Positions 1 to 7,912 of a DNA stretch of 64,000 nt are shown in pieces (positions within the stretch are counted from its first letter, which is position 1; each line of letters begins with the position of its first letter). Source of the DNA: a virus; IMG/VR virus record IMGVR_UViG_3300011013_000009, positions 1 through 64,000 of that record. One strand, written 5' to 3'. The position numbers and the translations under genes are program-made. The notes under the pieces were generated by a model. The model was given only the letters and a program-made list of their open reading frames with translations, made no database searches and had not been told where the DNA came from.

Positions 1-136
1 AGGTATTACAATAGATTATCTTATAGAAGAAAGAAGAATATCCTTTGGTGTTAATAGTACCCAAAGTGTATATAATTGGTGTAGTCAAGAAGATATCTTC
101 ACTGATAAGGATGAATTGATTGCGCAAATTGTATAA
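1..136 (+). CDS. partial hypothetical protein (5' truncated), member of micro-gene array
   Basis: Open frame from nt 2 (GITIDYLIEE...LIAQIV*) ending TAA at 134-136 inside the junction repeat. Confidence 0.6.
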   Translation, partial: GITIDYLIEERRISFGVNSTQSVYNWCSQEDIFTDKDELIAQIV

Positions 137-148
137 ACCAAAACAAAG

Positions 149-352
149 ATGAGTAAAGAAGAAATTAGTAAAGTGTTACATAACAACTTAAAAGTTGTAC
201 CAAAAGCATATGATATGCATGGTGAAAACTTTAACTGTGATTGTCATATGGAGATAACAGATAGAGCATACCAAATAATAGGTGAAGGAGATATTGATAA
301 AGGAAAGACTATTGTTGATGAATATCTAAAAGAAACTAATGGACAGTTATAA
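149..352 (+). CDS. hypothetical protein (67 aa)
   Basis: ORF track; starts MSKEE in junction repeat. Confidence 0.75.
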   Translation: MSKEEISKVLHNNLKVVPKAYDMHGENFNCDCHMEITDRAYQIIGEGDIDKGKTIVDEYLKETNGQL

Positions 353-367
353 ACCAAAACAAAGAAG

Positions 368-493
368 ATGAATAAAGAAGATTGGACTCCAAATATATGC
401 ACAACTTGTGGTTATACTACTACAATATTATTAGGTACAAAAGTTTGTACAAACATAGGTTGTTCTACTAATAATAAAACCAAAAGAAGATGA
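368..493 (+). CDS. small zinc-ribbon-like protein (41 aa)
   Basis: Translated by hand: MNKEDWTPNICTTCGYTTTILLGTKVCTNIGCSTNNKTKRR; CxxC...CxxxxC; bounded by junction repeats. Confidence 0.65.
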   Translation: MNKEDWTPNICTTCGYTTTILLGTKVCTNIGCSTNNKTKRR

Positions 494-696
494 GTAAAGA
501 AGAAGTAAAGTATATAGTATTTGCAGAGGATTCTACTGCTATGATGCAAGAGTCACTAATACAACAAAGTAACCCTTTGACAAAAGAAAGAGCTATTGAG
601 TTTGCAGAAAGAATTAAAGATAGAGATAACTTATTCTGTGTTACCATTCTTAAAAGAGTTAGTAAAGAAGAATTAAAACCAAAAGAAGATGAGTGA
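490..696 (+). CDS. hypothetical protein (68 aa)
   Basis: ORF track; MSKEE start, LKPKEDE end (both repeat-encoded). Confidence 0.75.
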   Translation: MSKEEVKYIVFAEDSTAMMQESLIQQSNPLTKERAIEFAERIKDRDNLFCVTILKRVSKEELKPKEDE

Positions 697-835
697 CTAT
701 ATTAAAGGACAAGAGGACCTAATTAAATATATTAAACAACAATTACTTTTAATGGCTAATAATTCACCAGATGAAACTATTATAGAGGATGTTGTTAACT
801 TTTTACAAAACCTTAAACCAAAAGAAGATGAGTAA
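689..835 (+). CDS. hypothetical protein (48 aa)
   Basis: By hand: MSDYIKGQEDLIK...NLKPKEDE*; bounded by repeats. Confidence 0.65.
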   Translation: MSDYIKGQEDLIKYIKQQLLLMANNSPDETIIEDVVNFLQNLKPKEDE

Positions 836-1001
836 AGAAGAATTTTATAGTAGACCGTCCTCAATAGGTTATTTGTATTGGTTAGATTCCAATAATGTTA
901 TTAAACAAGGACCTTCATTATGGGGTATAGGAAGATATAGAAGTTGGTTACTATTAGATAAGATACAAAATAGTAATGATTTTATTAAATGGTTAAATTA
1001 A
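828..1001 (+). CDS. hypothetical protein (57 aa)
   Basis: ORF track 789..1001; start moved to 828 (MSKEEF) inside the junction repeat. Confidence 0.65.
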   Translation: MSKEEFYSRPSSIGYLYWLDSNNVIKQGPSLWGIGRYRSWLLLDKIQNSNDFIKWLN

Positions 1002-1008
1002 AACAAAG

Positions 1009-1149
1009 ATGAATAAGAAAATACACATAGCAAGTAGAGGTATGGGTAATATTGATAAGGATGGTAACATTACTGATTTTAAGTTGTTATCATATGATTT
1101 AGTTACACCACCATATGGAATTTTTATTAAACCAAAACAAAGAAGATGA
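1009..1149 (+). CDS. small protein (46 aa) resembling a prohead-protease fragment
   Basis: By hand: MNKKIHIASRGMGNIDKDGNITDFKLLSYDLVTPPYGIFIKPKQRR. Confidence 0.55.
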   Translation: MNKKIHIASRGMGNIDKDGNITDFKLLSYDLVTPPYGIFIKPKQRR

Positions 1150-1424
1150 TAGTAATTAGAGATTTAAGTTCATATAGAGATGGTGGGACTATTTCGATTA
1201 AAGTGAATATTTCATTTGAAGGGTTTCGTTATGAAGGTGAAATTTGTTTAGACAAAAGAATGAGCGATAAAGGTGATGGTAAACTTTGGTTCGGTTATCC
1301 TGAAAAGGAAGGCTCTTCGATTATAGAAGATGTTAAACTTTTAGAACACATTAAAAAAGGAGTAATAGACTACAAAAAGTATCAGAATTTTAAACTTGAT
1401 GAATTAATAGAAAACTTAAAGTAA
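1146..1424 (+). CDS. hypothetical protein (92 aa)
   Basis: ORF track; start in junction repeat. Confidence 0.75.
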   Translation: MIVIRDLSSYRDGGTISIKVNISFEGFRYEGEICLDKRMSDKGDGKLWFGYPEKEGSSIIEDVKLLEHIKKGVIDYKKYQNFKLDELIENLK

Positions 1425-1426
1425 AG

Positions 1427-1606
1427 ATGAGTAAAGAATTAAAACTTACAATAAGTCCATATGAATGGGAAGGTAAAGAAGAATTTACTTATGAAGTAAG
1501 AGGTTTTAACATCTACTATTCAAAAGTTGGATTCCAAACTTATAAAGAAGCGGAAAAAGAAGGTCAATTAAAAGTTGAAGAATTAAACCAAAACAAAGAT
1601 GAGTAA
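1427..1606 (+). CDS. hypothetical protein (59 aa)
   Basis: By hand: MSKELKLTISPYEWEG...EELNQNKDE*. Confidence 0.65.
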   Translation: MSKELKLTISPYEWEGKEEFTYEVRGFNIYYSKVGFQTYKEAEKEGQLKVEELNQNKDE

Positions 1607-1706
1607 TATAGAAATAATAGAAATCATTTTATTATGTTACATTGCATTTACTGTAACAATAATTGCTAATCGACAATGGCAAAACAAAGATGAAGAAATA
1701 TATTAA
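1599..1706 (+). CDS. small membrane protein (35 aa)
   Basis: By hand: MSNIEIIEIILLCYIAFTVTIIANRQWQNKDEEIY. Confidence 0.55.
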   Translation: MSNIEIIEIILLCYIAFTVTIIANRQWQNKDEEIY

Positions 1707-1839
1707 ATTTTTACTATTTAAAAACAGATTAAGAGATTACGGAATATCACCTTTAGATATATTTTTTCCAATTGTTAGTTGGATTAGTATTTTTAGCACA
1801 ATATTTCTTATTTACTGTTTATTTAATATTCTTAATTAA
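1690..1839 (+). CDS. small membrane protein (49 aa)
   Basis: By hand: MKKYIKFLLFKNRLRDYGISPLDIFFPIVSWISIFSTIFLIYCLFNILN. Confidence 0.55.
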   Translation: MKKYIKFLLFKNRLRDYGISPLDIFFPIVSWISIFSTIFLIYCLFNILN

Positions 1840-1851
1840 AACCAAAAGAAG

Positions 1852-2109
1852 ATGGATGAAGATAAATATATTTTAACTTGGGCAAAAAGAAAAGGCTTTA
1901 ATGTTGGAACATTTATTAAGCCAATACAAATACTTGATGAATGGAATAACCCTACTGCAAATGATATTGAACTAATTGAAAATCCACTTTACTTTGACTA
2001 CAAGGGTAATCTTTGTACAATGAGAAAAGGTGTTAAAGCTGGTGGGTTTTGTATTAGGGATTCTTATGGTAATTGGGCTAAAAAACTAAAACTAAAAGAA
2101 GATGAGTAA
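1852..2109 (+). CDS. hypothetical protein (85 aa)
   Basis: ORF track; ends LKLKEDE in repeat. Confidence 0.75.
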   Translation: MDEDKYILTWAKRKGFNVGTFIKPIQILDEWNNPTANDIELIENPLYFDYKGNLCTMRKGVKAGGFCIRDSYGNWAKKLKLKEDE

Positions 2110-2413
2110 TATGGAAGCAATAATTTTATTTTTTACGATAATTGGAATAATATTCTTATTCAATTTTATAACTAAACAAATAGAGAAAAAACAAAACCAA
2201 AGAATTGAAGAACATAAAAAAATATACCCAGAATTGGAAGCACTGGGAAGATTGTATAAACAAGATAATTTTGATACAAAAAAAGAAAGTTTATTAATAA
2301 TGCAACATCATTTGAGGTGTTCTAATGTTGAAGCACTTCGACAAAATTTTACGATCTCAGATTATCATAATAAAAAATACAAGGAAGAGCACTTAAAATT
2401 GTTCGGATGTTAA
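2102..2413 (+). CDS. hypothetical membrane-anchored protein (103 aa)
   Basis: ORF track; N-terminal hydrophobic helix. Confidence 0.75.
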   Translation: MSNMEAIILFFTIIGIIFLFNFITKQIEKKQNQRIEEHKKIYPELEALGRLYKQDNFDTKKESLLIMQHHLRCSNVEALRQNFTISDYHNKKYKEEHLKLFGC

Positions 2414-2431
2414 TACTAAACCAAAACAAAG

Positions 2432-3037
2432 ATGAAAAAGATTAACATATGTATTTACGGATATGGACAAGAATTAGTTCAAGGAACTTGGTCTGATGAA
2501 GAAGTAGAAACGTTATTACAAGAATTAAATGACGACAATGACTTATCAACTGTAATATGGAACTTAGAAGAAATACTACCAGATAGTTACGATTGGTATG
2601 ATAGAGATGACCTATGTCATTATTATGGAGGCTTATCGGATAGCTGTAAGATAATAATATCATATGATGATAAAGAAGATACATATGATACTTTATTTGA
2701 TTTAGAAGCAATTGGTGCAATAATAGAATTTGAAGAAGTATATAATTATACTGGTAAGGACAATGTTATTACAATAATATCATCAGAAAAAGGCACAATG
2801 TTTGATGCTGATATTATATTAGAAGATGATGAAGAATTTGACTTATCAAAGTTACGGGTAGAATCAAAAGGAATAATATTCAACAACTATGAAAACGAAT
2901 TAATAACTAGTATATACTACAAAGACAAACAAATAGATGATGAAGGATGTGAAACAAATGGTAAAGGCTTTTATGCTTACCTAGATAAAAAGAAAAATCA
3001 ATGTATAGAAAAAGAAGAAGAAACAAAGAAGAGTTAG
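2432..3037 (+). CDS. acidic hypothetical protein (201 aa)
   Basis: ORF track; very D/E-rich. Confidence 0.8.
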   Translation: MKKINICIYGYGQELVQGTWSDEEVETLLQELNDDNDLSTVIWNLEEILPDSYDWYDRDDLCHYYGGLSDSCKIIISYDDKEDTYDTLFDLEAIGAIIEFEEVYNYTGKDNVITIISSEKGTMFDADIILEDDEEFDLSKLRVESKGIIFNNYENELITSIYYKDKQIDDEGCETNGKGFYAYLDKKKNQCIEKEEETKKS

Positions 3038-3159
3038 CACTGGCATGGATAATAATAAGTATAGCTAGTATAATAAGTATAATAGTATTCCCACCAATAG
3101 TATTAATAGCTATAGTAATATACGCTATATGGACATTATCAAGACATTATTATTTTTAG
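3001..3159 (+). CDS. small membrane protein (52 aa)
   Basis: By hand: MYRKRRRNKEELALAWIIISIASIISIIVFPPIVLIAIVIYAIWTLSRHYYF. Confidence 0.5.
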   Translation: MYRKRRRNKEELALAWIIISIASIISIIVFPPIVLIAIVIYAIWTLSRHYYF

Positions 3160-3845
3160 TCAATTTTTAGTCCATTTTTAGCTATTTCAGCAATGTATTT
3201 TTAGACCAAAGTACTTTTATTTTTAGAATGGTTTTTAGATTTAGTTACTACCAGGCGAAGAATAGGTGTGGTATGTAGTACGTTTACCTTCGGTCCTTTC
3301 AGGCCCTTCGGCAACCCGTATAAGTTCAAGACGCGGATATAGGCATTCCAGGAGTATAAGTGTGTAGTATGGAGTAAAGAATGGATAAAGTCCCCTTTCT
3401 ACCGGTATACATTATTTTTAGGGGGCATATGCTCTTTATCTCAACACCAGGTAGGTCCGGCCACCAGGAATTATTTTTAGTCCATTATACGTGCTTTTAG
3501 AGTCATTTACTTTTAGGCGGAATGGTCGTTATTTTTAGTCCTATATTTAGATTTACTTTTAGACCAAATGCCTTTTACTTTTAGACCAGGAGGCCAGGAA
3601 AGACGGTTTTATTTTTAGTCCAATATAATGTATTTTTAGATGCGTATGTATATATGCGTGTATATATATAGTTATTTTTAGACGGATATGCTATGTATTT
3701 TTAGTTTAATATATAGTCTGGGTATTCTATTTTTAGGGCAATATCCGCACTTTTAGTGCAGATCTGTTCGGTTCTCTAGCTATACGGAGTAAATTATTTT
3801 TAGAAGATCATTAGGATTTATGGATTTTTATTCTTATATTTAGAG
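3150..3845 (+). repeat. non-coding block of ~20 strand-biased (T)TTTTAG repeats; candidate origin or packaging region
   Basis: TTTTAG recurs every 10-60 nt, always in the same orientation; no ORF of 60 aa or more. Confidence 0.7.
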
Positions 3846-3867
3846 TATAAACATAAAAAGTATTATT

Positions 3868-3972
3868 ATGGAATTAAAGATATTAGAAGATTATTTACAG
3901 GAATTGGTAGATAACGGGATTATTCATCTAGATATAAAGGATGACATATTATATATAGTTAAACGATTATGA
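3868..3972 (+). CDS. small hypothetical protein (34 aa)
   Basis: By hand MELKILEDYLQELVDNG...; follows promoter 3812, ATGA overlap with next gene. Confidence 0.55.
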   Translation: MELKILEDYLQELVDNGIIHLDIKDDILYIVKRL

Positions 3973-4247
3973 AATATTTAGGACAAGTAGAAATAGAAAG
4001 AACAGAAGATATCTATGAAGATACAGAAACTGCTAATGTATATAAAATAATAACTGAAAAGACGTATGATATCGGAATAGAATCTGTGCCGATTGAATTT
4101 AACAGCCGTAGCTACAACACTGCGAATAGCGAAATATATATTGAGATATATCAGGATTCGATGATGCATCCGAATAGTTTATATATAGAAAAAGACCCGG
4201 GACAAGTAGAACTTTTGTTGAAAAAGATTTTAGGTAGCGAAAAATAA
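3969..4247 (+). CDS. hypothetical protein
   Basis: ORF track. Confidence 0.7.
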   Translation: MKYLGQVEIERTEDIYEDTETANVYKIITEKTYDIGIESVPIEFNSRSYNTANSEIYIEIYQDSMMHPNSLYIEKDPGQVELLLKKILGSEK

Positions 4248-4313
4248 ATTTGCTAAAAGATTAGGATCTTTGAAATAAAGGTCTTATATTTATAGAAATT
4301 AAAATTTAAAGAT

Positions 4314-4514
4314 ATGAAAAAAGGACATTATATGATTACAGATCTGATCGCAGAACTTAAGATTTCATTAAAAAAAGTACCTGCGGTACCTAATTATAAT
4401 AATATTATTAAAATAGTACCTGCTTTAGAACAGTGGGTTAAAGAAAACGGAGATCTGGAATTTGACCCAGATGATATGGAAAAGTTTTTAATGGCAAAAA
4501 AATCAGAGAGATGA
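4314..4514 (+). CDS. hypothetical protein
   Basis: ORF track; promoter cassette upstream. Confidence 0.75.
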   Translation: MKKGHYMITDLIAELKISLKKVPAVPNYNNIIKIVPALEQWVKENGDLEFDPDDMEKFLMAKKSER

Positions 4515-4720
4515 TAGAAGTAAAAATGACAGTTAGATATCAGGATATATTAATATCTGCCGGGAGATATATTCCAACCGGGACATCGTTTTTGGGTAAG
4601 AAGCTTTATAGAAATATTGATAATGGACAAATTGTTTCCATTGGAAATTTTGAGATTAAAATGATTAATAAATATAATGAGTCTCATGGTATCAATGAGT
4701 GGAAAAACATTGTGGGATAA
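4511..4720 (+). CDS. hypothetical protein
   Basis: ORF track; 4-nt overlap with the previous gene. Confidence 0.65.
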   Translation: MIEVKMTVRYQDILISAGRYIPTGTSFLGKKLYRNIDNGQIVSIGNFEIKMINKYNESHGINEWKNIVG

Positions 4721-4794
4721 AAGACGGAAAATAAAGTTAGCAAAATGCTTGACACGCATTGATATTATTCTTATATTAGTGTAAATTAAAAGAT

Positions 4795-5040
4795 ATGACA
4801 AATTACAAATTAGAATTAGAAGGACATTATGTCACAATCGAGATGAATGAATTTGAGGATAACGTTGCTCAGATTTTTAAAAATAACGATTTAATAGCTG
4901 AATATAAATTCGGTGGAGCTGGAGCAACTCATATATATCATTTGGAAGGTAAAAAACTTATTGATTTACTGGTTGCTATATTATATGAGCAAGCCGACAA
5001 AACTGTTGAAGTGTTAGCTAGCGAAACAAAAAAAGTTTAA
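4795..5040 (+). CDS. hypothetical protein
   Basis: ORF track; TTGACA-N17-TATATT promoter upstream. Confidence 0.75.
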   Translation: MTNYKLELEGHYVTIEMNEFEDNVAQIFKNNDLIAEYKFGGAGATHIYHLEGKKLIDLLVAILYEQADKTVEVLASETKKV

Positions 5041-5112
5041 AAAAAGTTAGCAAATTGCTTGACACGCATTGATTTATTTATTATATTTATATAAATTATA
5101 AAATTAAAAGAT

Positions 5113-5376
5113 ATGACAAAAGGAATTAATAAGCTATATTATAGCTTTAAAGAAATTATTGCAATTTACGCAGAAGCGTTGGAAAATGAAACGGGAGAGC
5201 CTATTGAAAATCTAGAAGCTGTTATGGATTTTGATAATTACAAAATCGAGTTTGATGCAAATGATGATAAAACTGTTATTAAAATATGTGGAGCTTTTAT
5301 ACAATTTGAAATGGATGACACAGATGTATCTGTTGTTAATTATATGGATGGCTCTGGCTGGTATGTTGGATATTAA
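5113..5376 (+). CDS. acidic hypothetical protein
   Basis: ORF track; promoter cassette upstream. Confidence 0.75.
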   Translation: MTKGINKLYYSFKEIIAIYAEALENETGEPIENLEAVMDFDNYKIEFDANDDKTVIKICGAFIQFEMDDTDVSVVNYMDGSGWYVGY

Positions 5377-5440
5377 AAAAAGTTTAAAAAAGATTAGGAT
5401 AATTGAATTATTATTCTTATATTAGTGTAAATTAAAAGAT

Positions 5441-6022
5441 ATGGAAAAAAGAAATACGCCGGCGGGCAATACGTATTGGGATGAAAATGGAGCATACCAA
5501 AAAGAATTAAATGAACTATATAACAAACTAGTTCCGATGAGCGGCGATGCCGAAACAGTACATGGAGAATTAGTTAGAGCAGTAAATAGATTATATTACG
5601 AATATTGTAACAATGGGAATTGCAATGCTATTGTACAAGAATATGTCGAGCAGGAATATACATGTTATAATTGTGACGGTACTGGTAATAGAGATTATCA
5701 CGACCACGAGATTGATGAATGGGAGTCTGTAGAATGTGATGACTGTTATGGCGATGGCTATCAATATGAAGAAGAAGAAGGCGATCGTTATATGGATTCA
5801 TATTATGACAGAATGTTAGATTTCATAAGAGATCATGTTTCAAATTCCTATCCGGTAGTTGATGCATTGGAAAGATTTATATTAGATGGTCCTGGCTATT
5901 CGAATTATCAATTTAATGATGCTGAGTATGAGTATTACAATGATGTAGTAGATACTGTAATGCATTATGTATTGAATTCAGAGAATATACCTAATCCGGA
6001 ATATAAACCAGAAAAAGTTTAA
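5441..6022 (+). CDS. acidic protein with DnaJ-type zinc-finger motifs
   Basis: CYNCDGTG and CDDCYGDG (CxxCxGxG pair). Confidence 0.75.
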   Translation: MEKRNTPAGNTYWDENGAYQKELNELYNKLVPMSGDAETVHGELVRAVNRLYYEYCNNGNCNAIVQEYVEQEYTCYNCDGTGNRDYHDHEIDEWESVECDDCYGDGYQYEEEEGDRYMDSYYDRMLDFIRDHVSNSYPVVDALERFILDGPGYSNYQFNDAEYEYYNDVVDTVMHYVLNSENIPNPEYKPEKV

Positions 6023-6086
6023 AAAAGATTAGGATAATTGAAATATTATTCTTATATTTAAAGTATAATAATAAAAATTAAAAGAT

Positions 6087-6263
6087 ATGGGAAATTTTAA
6101 AAAATATTTAAAAAAAGAATTAGACAGGTTGATTAAAGACGCAGAAGAAATTTGGGAGTCAGAAATCAATCCGGATACAGGAGCTCAATTAACATATGAT
6201 GAGCTTCAAGAAGTAGATAGAGAATTAGAAAGATTATATAGGATGAAAAACAATCCTTTATAA
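6087..6263 (+). CDS. small hypothetical protein (58 aa)
   Basis: By hand MGNFKKYLKKELDRLIKDAEE...; follows promoter 6030 and AAAAGATATG leader. Confidence 0.7.
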   Translation: MGNFKKYLKKELDRLIKDAEEIWESEINPDTGAQLTYDELQEVDRELERLYRMKNNPL

Positions 6264-6264
6264 A

Positions 6265-6730
6265 AAAGCTTGCCATAGCTATTAAATTAGGCGTGGACCT
6301 TTATTGATATGTGATAGCTTCACATAGGTGTTGATCAACCGGTTAAAGTAATCCATGTAGGCAAGTAAATTGTGTAATAATCCAACTACGATAACTTCAT
6401 GGGGGATAGAGGTGAATATAGTGTAGCTTGAAAGATAGCACCCGAATAACTCTATTACACATAAATTTGATTACTACAGGAGAGATAGGTATCACCTTGT
6501 ATCCTGCGGAGGCTTATAATCTCACGTGCTGGAGGGGTAATCATTTAAATGCGTACACCCATGACAGAAGGGCGTAGTTCAATTGCACCTGCCGCTAAGC
6601 AGGAAGATACAATAGCAAAACCTCTGAATATTCTGTCAGGTATTATAAGTGGGCCTTGGAGTCAGGACTCCCAGACTGAGTAGGTTAGTTTTTCATATCT
6701 CTTGCCTACCATATGTGGCCCACTTTATTT
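6265..6730 (+). ncRNA. putative large structured non-coding RNA (~460 nt), family not recognised
   Basis: ORF-free and GC-elevated; nested stems 6268-74/6360-66, 6291-97/6352-58, 6308-14/6320-26, 6371-79/6453-61, 6468-74/6537-43, 6562-69/6631-38, 6588-92/6599-603, 6647-55/6717-25, 6658-63/6666-71, 6680-84/6705-09. Confidence 0.65.
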
Positions 6731-6826
6731 TTAGAATGATATGACACATTTATTTTTAGAATAATATATAGCTATTTTTAGAATGTATTTTTAGAATAAT
6801 ATTTAGTTTTAGATTTGGATTTTAGA
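6726..6826 (+). repeat. second cluster of TTTTAG repeats
   Basis: About 6 same-orientation copies directly after the structured element. Confidence 0.6.
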
Positions 6827-6874
6827 AATAGATTTATTATATTATAGTATATTAACCATAAAAAGAAAGACCAA

Positions 6875-7156
6875 ATGGCAAAAACAAAAAGAACACCAGA
6901 ATTTCAATTCGGAATTGAATTGACAAGACCGTGGAGTCCAGAAATGTACTCACACAATGATCAAGTAAGAGAAGAAGCTCAGACAATTCTCAATGAAATG
7001 ATTGACAACGGAACAGTAACTGTTAACGGGACTGATATCAGAACCGAAGATACACTTACAAAACAAACCGTAGCTGATCTAAAATATTGGCAATTGGATA
7101 AGTTACACAAAGAACTTAACCTACCATTAACAGTAGGCTTTGTGGGATATAATTAA
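6875..7156 (+). CDS. hypothetical protein, paralog of 7913..8281
   Basis: Shared FQxGIExTxPWSxEMYxHNDxV and C-terminal GFVG. Confidence 0.8.
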   Translation: MAKTKRTPEFQFGIELTRPWSPEMYSHNDQVREEAQTILNEMIDNGTVTVNGTDIRTEDTLTKQTVADLKYWQLDKLHKELNLPLTVGFVGYN

Positions 7157-7178
7157 TATTTTTTAATTATTATTATTT

Positions 7179-7205
7179 AGGGGCACAGAAATGTGTCCCT
7201 TTTTT
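7179..7205 (+). terminator. intrinsic terminator
   Basis: AGGGGCACA-GAAA-TGTGTCCCT followed by a T-run. Confidence 0.8.
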
Positions 7206-7322
7206 ACTGTCCGGGCAGTAAGAGCTGTGAATAACTTTTTAAAAACGTTTTTAGAAAAGATTAGGATAATTGAATTATTAACCTTATATTAGAGTATTAA
7301 TAATTTAAAAAAATAAAAATAT

Positions 7323-7496
7323 ATGAATAGAAAATTTGAAGACATGAAGTTTGTGAAGAATGATGTAGCAGTTTGTGGCCATTGTGGATGTGGTGAAGTT
7401 AAAGAAGAGTTTTATACCGGAGTAATGATATGTGAAGAATGTCAGATAATTGAAGGTGATATTAATTATGTTCCCTATGATGAATATTATGATTAA
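7323..7496 (+). CDS. TFIIB-type zinc-ribbon-like small protein (57 aa)
   Basis: By hand ...VCGHCGCGEVKEEFYTGVMICEECQII...; promoter 7262 upstream. Confidence 0.65.
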   Translation: MNRKFEDMKFVKNDVAVCGHCGCGEVKEEFYTGVMICEECQIIEGDINYVPYDEYYD

Positions 7497-7567
7497 AATA
7501 GTTTAAAAATAATTAGGTTAGTTGAAAAATTAACCTTATATTTAAGAAATATTAAAAATTAAGAGAT

Positions 7568-7840
7568 ATGAAAATTAAAATTTTAGAAGGCTATGATGGC
7601 TTTGAAAGAAGTGTTAATGGCACAGTTGATTTGGATGGTAATAATGTGTATAAATTTGAATTAGACACTTATGACGGTATGACAAGTATATATTTGATAG
7701 ACGGGTATATTAGAATTAACTTAGAGGATGAAGATGAGTGTGATAGATATATTATTGAGGATGGTATTGAGATATATGACGAAATATTAGATTTTGTTAA
7801 TAACGAAGGCTATGACTTTATTGGAGTAGATTTTGCATAA
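7568..7840 (+). CDS. acidic hypothetical protein
   Basis: ORF track; promoter cassette. Confidence 0.75.
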   Translation: MKIKILEGYDGFERSVNGTVDLDGNNVYKFELDTYDGMTSIYLIDGYIRINLEDEDECDRYIIEDGIEIYDEILDFVNNEGYDFIGVDFA

Positions 7841-7912
7841 AAAAAGTTGCTAAAAGATTAGGATCTTTGAAATAAAGTACTTATATTTAAGAAATAATAA
7901 AAATTAAAAGAT

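Larger units (their letters stand above)
134..2440 (+). repeat. dispersed junction repeat TAAACCAAAA(C/G)AA(A)GATG(AGTAAAGAA) at 13 gene boundaries
   Basis: Copies (some degenerate) end at ATGs 149, 368, 490, 689, 828, 1009, 1146, 1427, 1599, 1690, 1852, 2102, 2432; further copies at 8859 and weakly 8662. Confidence 0.9.

Noticed and set aside
134-2440. Junction repeats as a CRISPR array or integron attC sites
   Set aside because: Spacers are 90-330 nt intact ORFs, the repeats are degenerate and non-palindromic, and no cas or integrase gene is present.
6685-6703. Minus-strand gene starting at AAGAGATATG
   Set aside because: Reads only M-K-N-stop and has no promoter cassette upstream on that strand.
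6265-6730. tRNA cluster, tmRNA, RNase P or group I/II intron
   Set aside because: No cloverleaf/TTCGA-CCA, no tmRNA termini, no GAGGAAAGTCC, no interrupted host gene or recognisable intron core; left as an unknown RNA.
7155-7178. AT-only tract complementary to the A-rich leaders before the 7179 terminator
   Set aside because: Low complexity; a chance match is too likely.
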